Virus record (IMG/VR): IMGVR_UViG_3300028048_000081
Location: 32,001-96,000 of that record
Reading direction: 5' to 3' (one strand)
Length of the DNA stretch: 64,000 bases
Source: a virus
Lineage: Duplodnaviria; Caudoviricetes
Shown here: piece after piece, positions 27,324-37,151 of the stretch
How positions within the stretch are numbered: position 1 is the stretch's first letter
Layout: every line of letters starts with the position of its first letter
The notes under the pieces: model-generated
The model's input: the letters and a program-made list of their open reading frames with translations, nothing else
The model's database searches: none
Told to the model about the DNA's origin: nothing
Program-made: the position numbers and the translations under genes

Positions 27324-28451
27324 ATGTTAGATTACAGATACGCACCAGAATTAGAATCAAAAGTAATATCTAATATAAAATTAGATTATAATTGGATATT
27401 AGTAAATGATGAATCCAAAGTTAAATCTCATTCCATTGTATTCATATATGAAGATACAGATAGGAGATTTTTAGATTCGCTTTTTAGATATTCCGATATC
27501 ATATTAGTATACATAAATAGAAAAATAGATGATAGTTTAAAAGATTTCAGGAGTATAGAATTAAAAGCAATTTCAGATTCCAATCGTATGATACGGTATC
27601 CTGAAGAAGTAACACTATATTTAGAGTCAGGTTTAAAGACCGTTATAAATAATGAAGATAAATTATTGTTAAAACATAAGTCAAAAGAAATGAAGAAAGA
27701 TAACTGGTATGAACGGTATCTTTGTAATGACGGGCAAGCAAATCTAGATGATACACCAAAAGATATAGTATATGTATTAAAGAATGATGTTAAAGCAAAT
27801 GAATTAAGGTACAGTCTGAGATCTGTAGTTAAAAATTTCAAATTCAATCGCATATTCTTCTATGGGGGATGTCCGAAAAACATTCACCCAGATGTTTATG
27901 TAAATTATGAACAGTCAGGAAAAACTAAATATGCTAGAACACGTGGAATGTTTAAAAGTATATTTACAAATAATGATATAACAGAAGACTTCTGGTTATT
28001 CAATGATGATTTTTTCATATTAAGACCTATTGATAGAGTACCTTATATAATAGATGGAACAGTTCAAAAGTATAGGGATGCGATTAGGAAAAGATATGGA
28101 AGAGATTCTGTTTACACTATTAGATTAAGTAAATCAATAGATATACTTGAGAAACATGAACTAGACACTTTAAATTATGAATGTCATGTCCCTATGTTAA
28201 TAAATAGAAACAAAGGCCGAAGACTTCTTAGAGTATTTGATGATGATGCAATATTCAGAAGTACTTACGGGAACTATTTTAAAGTAGGGGGAATGATACA
28301 GAAGGATGTAAAGATCATAAGTTTAAAGAGTATTCCTGAAAATAATGATATATTGCTTTCTACATCAGATGAAAGTTTTAAACACGGAAAAGTTGGAAAA
28401 TATATAAAGGATATGTTCAGCGATAAATGTAGATATGAGGAGGGTATTTAA
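27324..28451 (+). CDS. Stealth-family (hexose-1-phosphate transferase-like) protein
   Basis: DIVYV, ELRYSLRSV.KN, FWLFNDDFF, HVPM motifs of the Stealth conserved regions. Confidence 0.7.
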   Translation: MLDYRYAPELESKVISNIKLDYNWILVNDESKVKSHSIVFIYEDTDRRFLDSLFRYSDIILVYINRKIDDSLKDFRSIELKAISDSNRMIRYPEEVTLYLESGLKTVINNEDKLLLKHKSKEMKKDNWYERYLCNDGQANLDDTPKDIVYVLKNDVKANELRYSLRSVVKNFKFNRIFFYGGCPKNIHPDVYVNYEQSGKTKYARTRGMFKSIFTNNDITEDFWLFNDDFFILRPIDRVPYIIDGTVQKYRDAIRKRYGRDSVYTIRLSKSIDILEKHELDTLNYECHVPMLINRNKGRRLLRVFDDDAIFRSTYGNYFKVGGMIQKDVKIISLKSIPENNDILLSTSDESFKHGKVGKYIKDMFSDKCRYEEGI

Positions 28452-28825
28452 TGAAGAAATATATTAAATCATCCAGTGGTTATAATAAAGTAGAAATAAT
28501 GAGTTCTGAGGATGGCTTGTATACACTTTATGAAGAAGAAGGTGTGGGAAGAAATGATACTCGTTATACAGGCCTTATAGTAGAATCTTTTGGTACTGCA
28601 TATGATAATGTAATAGAAATAAGACCTATAGCGAAAAATTCTCCAGAATTCAATGGTGGAAAAGTAAAGTACGAATATTCCGGATGTTATATTTCGCATG
28701 GTATGAACGGGCATACAGACACATTAGAAGAAACAGAACAGTATATTTCAGATCTTCAATCTGCTGTCAAGTTTGCTAAAAGAATAAACAATTACATTCG
28801 AGATGCTTGGACGAGGATATTTTAA
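28451..28825 (+). CDS. tagged putative capsid-internal protein (MKKYIKSS)
   Basis: Tag. Confidence 0.65.
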   Translation: MKKYIKSSSGYNKVEIMSSEDGLYTLYEEEGVGRNDTRYTGLIVESFGTAYDNVIEIRPIAKNSPEFNGGKVKYEYSGCYISHGMNGHTDTLEETEQYISDLQSAVKFAKRINNYIRDAWTRIF

Positions 28826-28848
28826 TTAATAAGGAGTGTATGATAATT

Positions 28849-29148
28849 ATGAAAAAGTATGTTAGATCTAGTAGTCAAGATGTACAGGGAATTGTAGACA
28901 AGTGCAATGAAAATGTCCCGGAACTGCTTTCTAAATTGATGGATGCGTTATATGGATTACAATCATTACAGGAAGATATGGATCCGGTAAGTGATTATGA
29001 AGTGTCAATTCGACATAAGAATGGTCAAGAATATTATTCTGGTCAGAATGAATTTGAAGATTTAGATGCTTGTAAACACAATATAGACGGAGCAGTTGAT
29101 TCTATAAATGATGCAATTGAATATCTTTCGGACTGGAAGGGCATGTAA
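28849..29148 (+). CDS. tagged putative capsid-internal protein (MKKYVRSS)
   Basis: AAGGAG RBS at 28831; start re-assigned to ATG 28849. Confidence 0.65.
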   Translation: MKKYVRSSSQDVQGIVDKCNENVPELLSKLMDALYGLQSLQEDMDPVSDYEVSIRHKNGQEYYSGQNEFEDLDACKHNIDGAVDSINDAIEYLSDWKGM

Positions 29149-29178
29149 ATATTAATATACATGTTCATATACATAGGA

Positions 29179-29205
29179 GATGCTACTTATGTAGCATCTT
29201 TTTAT
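29179..29205 (+). terminator. rho-independent terminator closing the tagged-ORF array
   Basis: AGATGCTAC-TTAT-GTAGCATCT followed by TTTT. Confidence 0.8.
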
Positions 29206-29214
29206 TGTGTTTTG

Positions 29215-29225
29215 AACCTTTTATA
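29215..29225 (+). promoter_or_regulatory. putative late promoter
   Basis: AACCTTTTATA upstream of the tail chaperone/tape measure operon. Confidence 0.7.
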
Positions 29226-29274
29226 TCAATAGATAAAAATATACTATTCTAAAACTGTTAGGAGGTACAACAAT

Positions 29275-30105
29275 ATGGCAATTTCCGAAACTGTTGAATT
29301 GCTTGGAAAAGGATTATATGATACTATTCCAGATACTTTAACTCTAAAAGCTATACCTACAGCGTCTGAGCTTGAGGAAGTAGGTAATGAAGATTTTGAT
29401 AAAACAATGTTAGAATCTGTATTGCCTCAAGCTGTTGAAGAGAAGATAGATTTCAGAGATCTTCTTGAAATTGATTTTCAGTGGATATGTAGATGTTTGA
29501 GAATTCTAAATTACGGTCCATATCACACTACAAATGTTATTTTTTGTGATAAGTGTGGAAAATCTTCTTATGGAGAATATGTAGTAAATCTTAAAACAAT
29601 AGAATGCAAACCTCTTCCAGAAGGATTTGTAAATGATATAGAAATAAAGAGAGATGAATTCATAGATTTTGATGGAGATATTCATATTAAACTTCCTACC
29701 ATTCAGCAAGTTCTCAATTCACAGAAAGATAAAGCATTTATGAATTCTAAGGGAGAAGTTAATAGAGAATTATCTAGAATATGTTATATGATATCTTCTG
29801 TAAAAGGAAAAGATACGTTGACACCTCCAGAAATAAAAATATTACTTCAAGACCAAATGTCCTCGGCAGATTTCTTACTGTTAAAGGGCAGAGTAAGAGA
29901 ATTAACGGATTATGGATTAAGAGCAGGAGGATCTGCTCAATGTCCTAAGTGTGGAAATCCAGATGCAGGATTTTTAGCACTTGTAGACGATAGATTTTTT
30001 CGTCCGTCCCTGGGAGCTTTACGACAGTGGAAGCTTGATAGAAGTTCAGGGGAAGATGAAAACACATCAAGAAGTAAGACAGGAACTGTACGAAAACATA
30101 GTTGA
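29275..30105 (+). CDS. tail/baseplate hub assembly chaperone (T4 gp26-like)
   Basis: Two CxxC pairs (CDKCG, CPKCG), DLLEIDF..I...LRI, C-terminal FFRP; upstream of tape measure. Confidence 0.7.
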   Translation: MAISETVELLGKGLYDTIPDTLTLKAIPTASELEEVGNEDFDKTMLESVLPQAVEEKIDFRDLLEIDFQWICRCLRILNYGPYHTTNVIFCDKCGKSSYGEYVVNLKTIECKPLPEGFVNDIEIKRDEFIDFDGDIHIKLPTIQQVLNSQKDKAFMNSKGEVNRELSRICYMISSVKGKDTLTPPEIKILLQDQMSSADFLLLKGRVRELTDYGLRAGGSAQCPKCGNPDAGFLALVDDRFFRPSLGALRQWKLDRSSGEDENTSRSKTGTVRKHS

Positions 30106-30271
30106 TGAGATATTATTCATATCTAGAGCTTCAGAAGGTGCTGTTTCTCCGGAATGGATAATGAATCAACCTATACTCATAAGAAAGAAATATGTTGATA
30201 CTTTTACGAAGGAATTGAAGGAAAGAGAGAAAAAAGCAAATATAAATAGTTCGAAAAATAAGGTGAAATAA
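30035..30271 (+). CDS. second tail chaperone (gp51/GT-like), possibly reached by +1 frameshift
   Basis: YENIVDEILFISR...WIMNQPI..RKKY; overlaps the upstream ORF and abuts the tape measure. Confidence 0.55.
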   Translation: MIEVQGKMKTHQEVRQELYENIVDEILFISRASEGAVSPEWIMNQPILIRKKYVDTFTKELKEREKKANINSSKNKVK

Positions 30272-33200
30272 TGGCGGATGGTAATGGATCAAAATTTGAT
30301 ATAGACGGAGCAAAGCAGGCCAAGTTTTTAGATACAAGTAATAATCAGCCTGTAAATAAGTCAATTGAAACAAACATTCTGTCTGAATTGCGTAAAATGA
30401 ATGAGCAGATATCTGCGCTTAATGGTAACATGCGTGGGATGTCACAGACGAATGCTCAGAATACTGTCTTTGGAAATACTCAAACACAATTTAGAGATGA
30501 TTACAGTAGCCGATTTGGTCAAAACAATAGTGGATCGGATTATGTAAATACTAGATCCGGAGAAAATGTAAAACGTCCTGAAGGTAAGAAGCGTGGGATG
30601 GACGATTCATTACAAGAAACACTCTTCAAGGACTTTTTAGGGGATTCTTTCAAGAAATCTTTCCAAAGTAATCTTTCGGATAAAGCTGCAGATATGTTCA
30701 AGGGTATAAAGGGAAAGGATATATCTGGAGTATTCAAAGATAATCTCAGTAAACAATCTGCAGATTGGTTCAAGGGAACCGATATGGGCAAATCGTTGTT
30801 AGGCCCATTAAATAATCTTGGTGATGTTGCAGGAAAATCTGCTGGAGAGATTGTTTCCGCTTTTGGTAGTGGAGGACTCAAAGGTGCAGCATCTGCAGCA
30901 GAGGCAGCAATAGGACCACTAAGTACTGCTGCAGGTAGTGCTGCAACAGCAATAGGTTCCGCAGCAGTAGCAGCAGCGCCTGCGGCAGCAGCATTGTTAG
31001 CTCTTGATTATGCAACTGAAGTTCTCGGTCATTCATTTAAACTGGCATCTGATGCATTTAGCAGATTAGGAGAGGGAATAAGTAATTCTGCTAATAGAGA
31101 AGAAAAATCCAGCAAACGAAATAGAGAAGAAGCACAGAAACGTCTTGTAGCAGATGTTGAAACTTTAATAAAGAAACCTTTTGAGATATTAGAAGAATCT
31201 GCTCAAAGAGTATATGATGCTTGGGACAGTAATATCAGGTTAATAAATCAGACCCAAGGTTATACTAAATCGGATCTTCAGTTACTGATGGGAGGATTTG
31301 CAGAAAGGGCAAGATCTGAAGGTTTATCTAAATATGTTAATGCTGCAGATATTACTCAAAATCTAGCAAAAGTTTTACAATCTGGATTATCTGGAAAGGT
31401 TGCAGAAGAGTTTGCTTATCAAGCAACAATATTAAATGCTGCAATTCCATTCCAAGATTTCTTCTCATTTGCGGATACATATGCTTCAGTTGCTGCAAAT
31501 CTTATTAAGAATGGAGCAAGCCAAGATGAAGCAATCGCAGCAGCAACATCTAATTTAAGAACATTTGCAAGCACTGTATTATCAGCAAGTAGAGAGTTAT
31601 CAGGTGGGTTCTCAACAGGCCTGAAAGATGCTCAAGGAATATATGAAAAAGCAGTAAAGATTGCAAATGCAGCAAGAATAAGTAATCCTTCTCAGATAGC
31701 AGGAGTACTAACATCTGCTGCAGCAGCAACAGGAGCAATAGCACCTGATTTAGTTTCTACTATAACAGATACAATATATCAAGTTGCAACAGGAGGAAAT
31801 ACAGATCAAGTAGTTGCTCTTAGATCTCTTTATGGGGCAGCAGAAAATACAGAATTCTTAAGGCAGTTTGCAAATGATCCTCAAGGTGTAATGAGGACGA
31901 TATTTACTAATCTTGCAGGAATGTTTAATTCCAGTTCTGGTGTTTATATGACAGCAGCAGGACCGTATGCAGAATTATTTGGAATGTCTTCCGAAGCATT
32001 TCAGAGATTAGATTTCAAATATCTTGCAGATGCAATAGGTTCCATGTCAGTAAATAATGAAGCGATAAATGAAAACATGGAACTTCTTAAATCTGGTCAA
32101 TCTACTTTAACTAAAGAGCAGTTAAGAGCAGAGCAGATAAACACATATATGATTGAAGAAGGCCTTGCATATGTTTTGGATAGTGAAGCGGGTCGAGAAA
32201 TTCAAAGGCATATGTGGGATGAACAGATTGCTCGTGAGCAGATGGAAGCAACATACGGAGTAGAATTAACAGGCGCTGGACTTGATTTCTTGCAAGGAAT
32301 AAGTCAAGCAGTTAAAAATATACTTGATTTAATAAATCCATTTGGGTGGATAAAGAAAATCGCTCAGGTAACACATACAATAAATGAAGCAAGTGGTTTA
32401 GAAAAAGATATACAACAAGTATTAGAGATTACAAAAGTAGGCGGAGGAAATTCTAGGATACTGAGTAATTTAGTTACAAGAAATGCTGATCTTGGATTGA
32501 CGCCTACTCTTGTAGAACTACTTGGAGGAACATCTGCTTATGCACAAGCATCTGCAAATAGAAAGCAGATGGTAGCAGCGATGAACTTTTTACAGATGCC
32601 ATTGTCTGCTCTGTTTTCTAGTAAGGAAGGCGGAGTTATAGGAAAAGAATCTGGAGGGGTTGCATCCTTTGGGAGTTCCGGAAGTTTGAATTCCATGTAT
32701 AATTGGGGAACACTTGGAAAGTCTGCTGCAGCAGCAGTAGGTTCTGTACTTTCTGGTGGAAGTTCTGGAAATCTTCTTCCTGGTATAGCAAGGACAAGCG
32801 GTTCAAAATCTGCTGCAGATGCTATGGCTGGAAAGATAGAAAAGATGCTAGCAGATGAATATCTTGTAGATAAATTTGTTAAACAAGGAAAGAGTTATGA
32901 AGAATTTGCAGCATCTGCAAAACAATTTGGGATATCAGATTTCAATAAAGCGTTAGAAGAAGCAGGATATAATAGGGGAGAAGTTGAAGGATATTTTCAG
33001 AGTCAAGAAACAAAACAGGGCGGGCAGATGTATGAAGATATTCGTCAAGATGAAAAAGATTTTAGAGATGCAGGTAGAAAATTCTGGAGAGAGGATTTTT
33101 GGACAGTATATCAAGAGCCATTCTTTCAAGAATTAACTACTATTGAAGAAAATTATTTACAGAAAATAATAGATAATCAAATAGATTGGAAAGAATACTT

Positions 33201-33591
33201 TGGTGAGTCCTGGAACAATGATTTTGTAAAGGGCTGGATGGATACAAGATGGGACAAGCAATTCTGGAAACAGTTTAATGACTACTTCTTTGAACATAAG
33301 ATATACAACGGAGGAACTCTTAAGTTATCAAAACTTGAGAAGGTTCAAGAAAAGGAGAAAGCAGAAAAGGGAGATTTAGCAAATGCACTTGCTGAATACT
33401 TAACAAGGAATAATCAGAATCTTGAGGATCTTAAAGATCCGACGATACAGACAAACATGCTGCTATCTCAGATACTCGTAGTTGCAAATGCAATAATGAA
33501 TCAAACAGCAAGATCAGAAGGAACATTATCCTTAGCAGATTCATTAGCTGCTGCAGCAGTAGGTCTTACAGGCGGGAATAATAAAGAATAA
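30271..33591 (+). CDS. tape measure protein
   Basis: 1106 aa, Ala/Gly-rich helical, Trp/Phe periodicity near the C-terminus; follows the chaperones. Confidence 0.8.
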   Translation: MADGNGSKFDIDGAKQAKFLDTSNNQPVNKSIETNILSELRKMNEQISALNGNMRGMSQTNAQNTVFGNTQTQFRDDYSSRFGQNNSGSDYVNTRSGENVKRPEGKKRGMDDSLQETLFKDFLGDSFKKSFQSNLSDKAADMFKGIKGKDISGVFKDNLSKQSADWFKGTDMGKSLLGPLNNLGDVAGKSAGEIVSAFGSGGLKGAASAAEAAIGPLSTAAGSAATAIGSAAVAAAPAAAALLALDYATEVLGHSFKLASDAFSRLGEGISNSANREEKSSKRNREEAQKRLVADVETLIKKPFEILEESAQRVYDAWDSNIRLINQTQGYTKSDLQLLMGGFAERARSEGLSKYVNAADITQNLAKVLQSGLSGKVAEEFAYQATILNAAIPFQDFFSFADTYASVAANLIKNGASQDEAIAAATSNLRTFASTVLSASRELSGGFSTGLKDAQGIYEKAVKIANAARISNPSQIAGVLTSAAAATGAIAPDLVSTITDTIYQVATGGNTDQVVALRSLYGAAENTEFLRQFANDPQGVMRTIFTNLAGMFNSSSGVYMTAAGPYAELFGMSSEAFQRLDFKYLADAIGSMSVNNEAINENMELLKSGQSTLTKEQLRAEQINTYMIEEGLAYVLDSEAGREIQRHMWDEQIAREQMEATYGVELTGAGLDFLQGISQAVKNILDLINPFGWIKKIAQVTHTINEASGLEKDIQQVLEITKVGGGNSRILSNLVTRNADLGLTPTLVELLGGTSAYAQASANRKQMVAAMNFLQMPLSALFSSKEGGVIGKESGGVASFGSSGSLNSMYNWGTLGKSAAAAVGSVLSGGSSGNLLPGIARTSGSKSAADAMAGKIEKMLADEYLVDKFVKQGKSYEEFAASAKQFGISDFNKALEEAGYNRGEVEGYFQSQETKQGGQMYEDIRQDEKDFRDAGRKFWREDFWTVYQEPFFQELTTIEENYLQKIIDNQIDWKEYFGESWNNDFVKGWMDTRWDKQFWKQFNDYFFEHKIYNGGTLKLSKLEKVQEKEKAEKGDLANALAEYLTRNNQNLEDLKDPTIQTNMLLSQILVVANAIMNQTARSEGTLSLADSLAAAAVGLTGGNNKE

Positions 33592-33608
33592 TATATTGGA
33601 GGTATAAT

Positions 33609-36600
33609 ATGAATCTAGTGAAATTCCCTGTAGCAAGTACAAACATATTTCCTATAGCAAATTCAAAATCCGGGGGTCAACTTTTAACGGAATTCAATTT
33701 AAGATCTCGTGAAAGTGTTCAAACGCCAGAGGAAGTTAAATATACTATAGGGCCATCTTATACTCATGGTAAGAATGATTTTAAGATAAGTAAAGAGACT
33801 GATACATTAGGAAATGAAATAAGTAATCAAAGATTACAGATATCCGAAGGAAAAGCACTTGTAAATGGTCATTACATAGAATCTCTTGTACCAGTTATAG
33901 TAGATATGCCAGAAGAGAATGCATATCTCAGGAAAAATAATCAAAACATATTGTCTGGAAATTTAGTAGTGGGACTTCGAGTTATGTACAGTACAGAGTC
34001 CACTACATCTGGAACAATAAAAGTTGAAAATGAAGAAGGACTTTATGAAGGTATTCAGGTTGTTATACTTCCAGAAGATGAATTTAAACTTCCAAAGGAT
34101 TCTCCTACAGACCCAAATAAAGTGACAGCACATTTGAAATTAGGAACATTCACATATAGGAATGGGAAGATCTCCAATATAGTGCAAAATGACAACAAAA
34201 TATGTTCTATATCTGCAGATAGGTTAGATAATTCTGATGAGTATCTTTCGGAAACATATGTATCAAAAACTGGGTTGAACACAAAGTATCATTATGTATT
34301 CGGAGGAGAGCAAGAAAATTGGTGCAGAGCAGATGATTCGTTGATGATATGGGATAGAAAGTTAGATCTCAAATCTATCGATGAAGGAACGGATAGACCT
34401 TCTCCTGAAAGTTATTTTAGATACAATCCTGAAACAGGAAAGACAGAATTAGTATTGGCACATAAACAGCCCGACAACATGAAAGATACTAAGGGATCTT
34501 TACAATACTATCCTGATAAACTTATGACGATTCCTAGTGCAAATTACAACAATGGAAAAGGCGGAGTTGTAGATAAGAGTTATACTAATAACATAAAGAA
34601 TATAGCAAACACCATAAATAGATTATATATTCTTCCAACAGGGAAGATGAAACTCTATATAGAATCTCTTACAGATAAAGCAGATCAGTTACCAAACATA
34701 TCAAAGAATATCGGATGGAAACCTGGAGATTACATTGTTGTTGGACAAGATTATGTATATGGAGAAGAAGGAGGAACAGAAGGAAATATACCATCTACTC
34801 TATACATGATCCTTCCTGGGAAAATAACAAGTTTACGGTTTGCAGGAGAAACTGTTCAGCCATTAGATATATATGATAATGGTATGAGTTGGGAGATGTT
34901 CATAAATACTGTTGTTAAAAGTGTTCCTTGGAATGATATTGTTTCGAGTGCTCTTGTACAAGAAGATTCTCCTGAAAGTATAGACTGGGATGCTGCTATA
35001 GATAGTGCATTGAATACAAAGGGTCTTCTTGCAGAAATGAATTGGGATGAAATATGCGAGCAAGCTATACAGGATAGTCAGTCTACAGATATTTCCTGGG
35101 ATCAAGTAATAGAAGATGCTTGGTCAAATGCAAAAACAGATTATTCAAATAAGTTAGCTGAAGATCAATCAAAAATAGATTCCAAGTTAACAACATATAC
35201 AAATACACTTGCAGGCTATCAGCAGATATTAGATGATCCGGATACACCTCAATCTAAAAAGGATGAAGTTCAAGCACTTGTAAATGCTCTTGAACCCGCT
35301 ATAGCTTTAGAAAAAGCAAATAAAATTAGAGCAGACATAACACAGCAGATATTTGAATCTGTATACAGTGAAGAAAATGAAGGAACATTTCCAGTAGCAG
35401 GTCTTGTAGATAAGTTACAAGAATTAGCAGAAGCAGATGAGGATTATACAGATTGGTCTGCATTTCTTAGAAACGAAATATCAAAGGGGGTTGCATATTC
35501 TGGAGGAATAGATTGGTCCGATGTTATACTTTCTGCTAAGAACAAATATGGAAGAAGTATAAATTGGAATGAAGTATTTTTGAATGCTATACAAGCAGAA
35601 TTAGATGAAAATAATAGATTAGTAGAGGAACAAGTATATGGTAATATTCCAAAAGAATTAGCAGATGGAGATGGTATTCTATTAGGAGAACAGATACAAG
35701 ATACATCATTTAACAAAAGAGATTTCTTGGGTGAAAATGGAATAAATCAGTTATTTGGAATATCATATGATACTTCTACAGAAGGTTATCCGAGGGGCAG
35801 AACAAAAATAATTGATAATGATGGACAACAATATGGACCAGATTATTATCGTGTAGAAGTAAGAAATGAAGAAGAAAACAAGATTTATCTTTATTATTAT
35901 GCAGTTGCAACATCTACTGGATATGAATATTGTGATCCTCCAATATTATTAACTGGAGGTGTTCCATTAGCAGAAGAAACTGTTGCGGGAGGATTCTATA
36001 ATGTTCCTGATTCTTCATATGGTGCTGGATATGTTTATAGAAATGATGAAGGATACCTTCAACTTTTAGATTATGATCTTCTTGCAACAGGAGTTCTTGC
36101 ATATCAGTTAGGAGAAAACTTTACATGTCCTTCCGGATTAGCAGCTTCTGAAATTCAAGTAAACTTAGATGAATATGTAAATGATAGAGTAGCATTTCCA
36201 AACGATAATCAGAAGTCATATGTTGAAGAGCAGATAAAATCTGGACTTCAAGGAGAAATGGTTGACTCTTCTGTTATACATGTATATGTGAATCTAAGTA
36301 TTGAAGATGAACCATATGAAATAAATATTAAGAATATAGATAGTAGATTTAGTTCTTCTGTATATCTTCACCTTTCAGGAGAAGCAACACAAGATTGTGT
36401 AGTAAACATCTTGAATTGCCAAAGAATAAGATTAGATATAAAGATGAGTTCTTTACCTACTATCAACTTATATGATTCTTGTCTGTATTACGATTCTGGA
36501 GTATTGGATAAGATTTCTAATATTTCCGGATTAACATTATGGTATAAGAGATATAGTTCCGATGATCCGAAATTGATTGTATCAGATATGAGTATAGAAT

Positions 36601-37151
36601 ACTTCGGTTCACCAGAATATGTATCTACTGATTCGTATTGGGATGTAGATTCTCCTAATGATAATCATTATAAGTATGCTCTTAAGGGACTAACATTTGG
36701 ATCCGATGGAACTATAGTAGGAGCAAAATTGCTTGTAACAGATAATATAAGTGATACAGCAGATATAGATGAGGGGACATACTGCTCGTCGTTTGAATTT
36801 GAATTTCCACAAGGGGTAGGTTTAGATTATCCTGTAAATAGAATATCAAAATCAATAAAGGTAACAGGAAGTTTCATAACAGCTTATCCTGCGAAAGACG
36901 ATAACAACGGATACTATATAAAAGACAACAGTTTCTCAGCATTAACATATGGATATACTAATTCTTACATAGATATAAATAACGTATCAGATCAGAAACT
37001 TAAAGGAGTAATATCCTTCAGAACGATGGTATCTTATGTAACAAATATATATGGTTTTGGATCAGGTCAAGATGGATATGAAAGTGGAACATCTTTAGAT
37101 CCTTGGGAGCCTGGTAAGTACCATGTATTTGAAGGAGGGACTATTGATTGA
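33609..37151 (+). CDS. large virion structural protein (baseplate/fibre associated) with internal Trp-repeat helical segment
   Basis: LQISEGKALVNGHYI N-terminal motif typical of baseplate proteins; position after tape measure. Confidence 0.55.
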   Translation: MNLVKFPVASTNIFPIANSKSGGQLLTEFNLRSRESVQTPEEVKYTIGPSYTHGKNDFKISKETDTLGNEISNQRLQISEGKALVNGHYIESLVPVIVDMPEENAYLRKNNQNILSGNLVVGLRVMYSTESTTSGTIKVENEEGLYEGIQVVILPEDEFKLPKDSPTDPNKVTAHLKLGTFTYRNGKISNIVQNDNKICSISADRLDNSDEYLSETYVSKTGLNTKYHYVFGGEQENWCRADDSLMIWDRKLDLKSIDEGTDRPSPESYFRYNPETGKTELVLAHKQPDNMKDTKGSLQYYPDKLMTIPSANYNNGKGGVVDKSYTNNIKNIANTINRLYILPTGKMKLYIESLTDKADQLPNISKNIGWKPGDYIVVGQDYVYGEEGGTEGNIPSTLYMILPGKITSLRFAGETVQPLDIYDNGMSWEMFINTVVKSVPWNDIVSSALVQEDSPESIDWDAAIDSALNTKGLLAEMNWDEICEQAIQDSQSTDISWDQVIEDAWSNAKTDYSNKLAEDQSKIDSKLTTYTNTLAGYQQILDDPDTPQSKKDEVQALVNALEPAIALEKANKIRADITQQIFESVYSEENEGTFPVAGLVDKLQELAEADEDYTDWSAFLRNEISKGVAYSGGIDWSDVILSAKNKYGRSINWNEVFLNAIQAELDENNRLVEEQVYGNIPKELADGDGILLGEQIQDTSFNKRDFLGENGINQLFGISYDTSTEGYPRGRTKIIDNDGQQYGPDYYRVEVRNEEENKIYLYYYAVATSTGYEYCDPPILLTGGVPLAEETVAGGFYNVPDSSYGAGYVYRNDEGYLQLLDYDLLATGVLAYQLGENFTCPSGLAASEIQVNLDEYVNDRVAFPNDNQKSYVEEQIKSGLQGEMVDSSVIHVYVNLSIEDEPYEINIKNIDSRFSSSVYLHLSGEATQDCVVNILNCQRIRLDIKMSSLPTINLYDSCLYYDSGVLDKISNISGLTLWYKRYSSDDPKLIVSDMSIEYFGSPEYVSTDSYWDVDSPNDNHYKYALKGLTFGSDGTIVGAKLLVTDNISDTADIDEGTYCSSFEFEFPQGVGLDYPVNRISKSIKVTGSFITAYPAKDDNNGYYIKDNSFSALTYGYTNSYIDINNVSDQKLKGVISFRTMVSYVTNIYGFGSGQDGYESGTSLDPWEPGKYHVFEGGTID

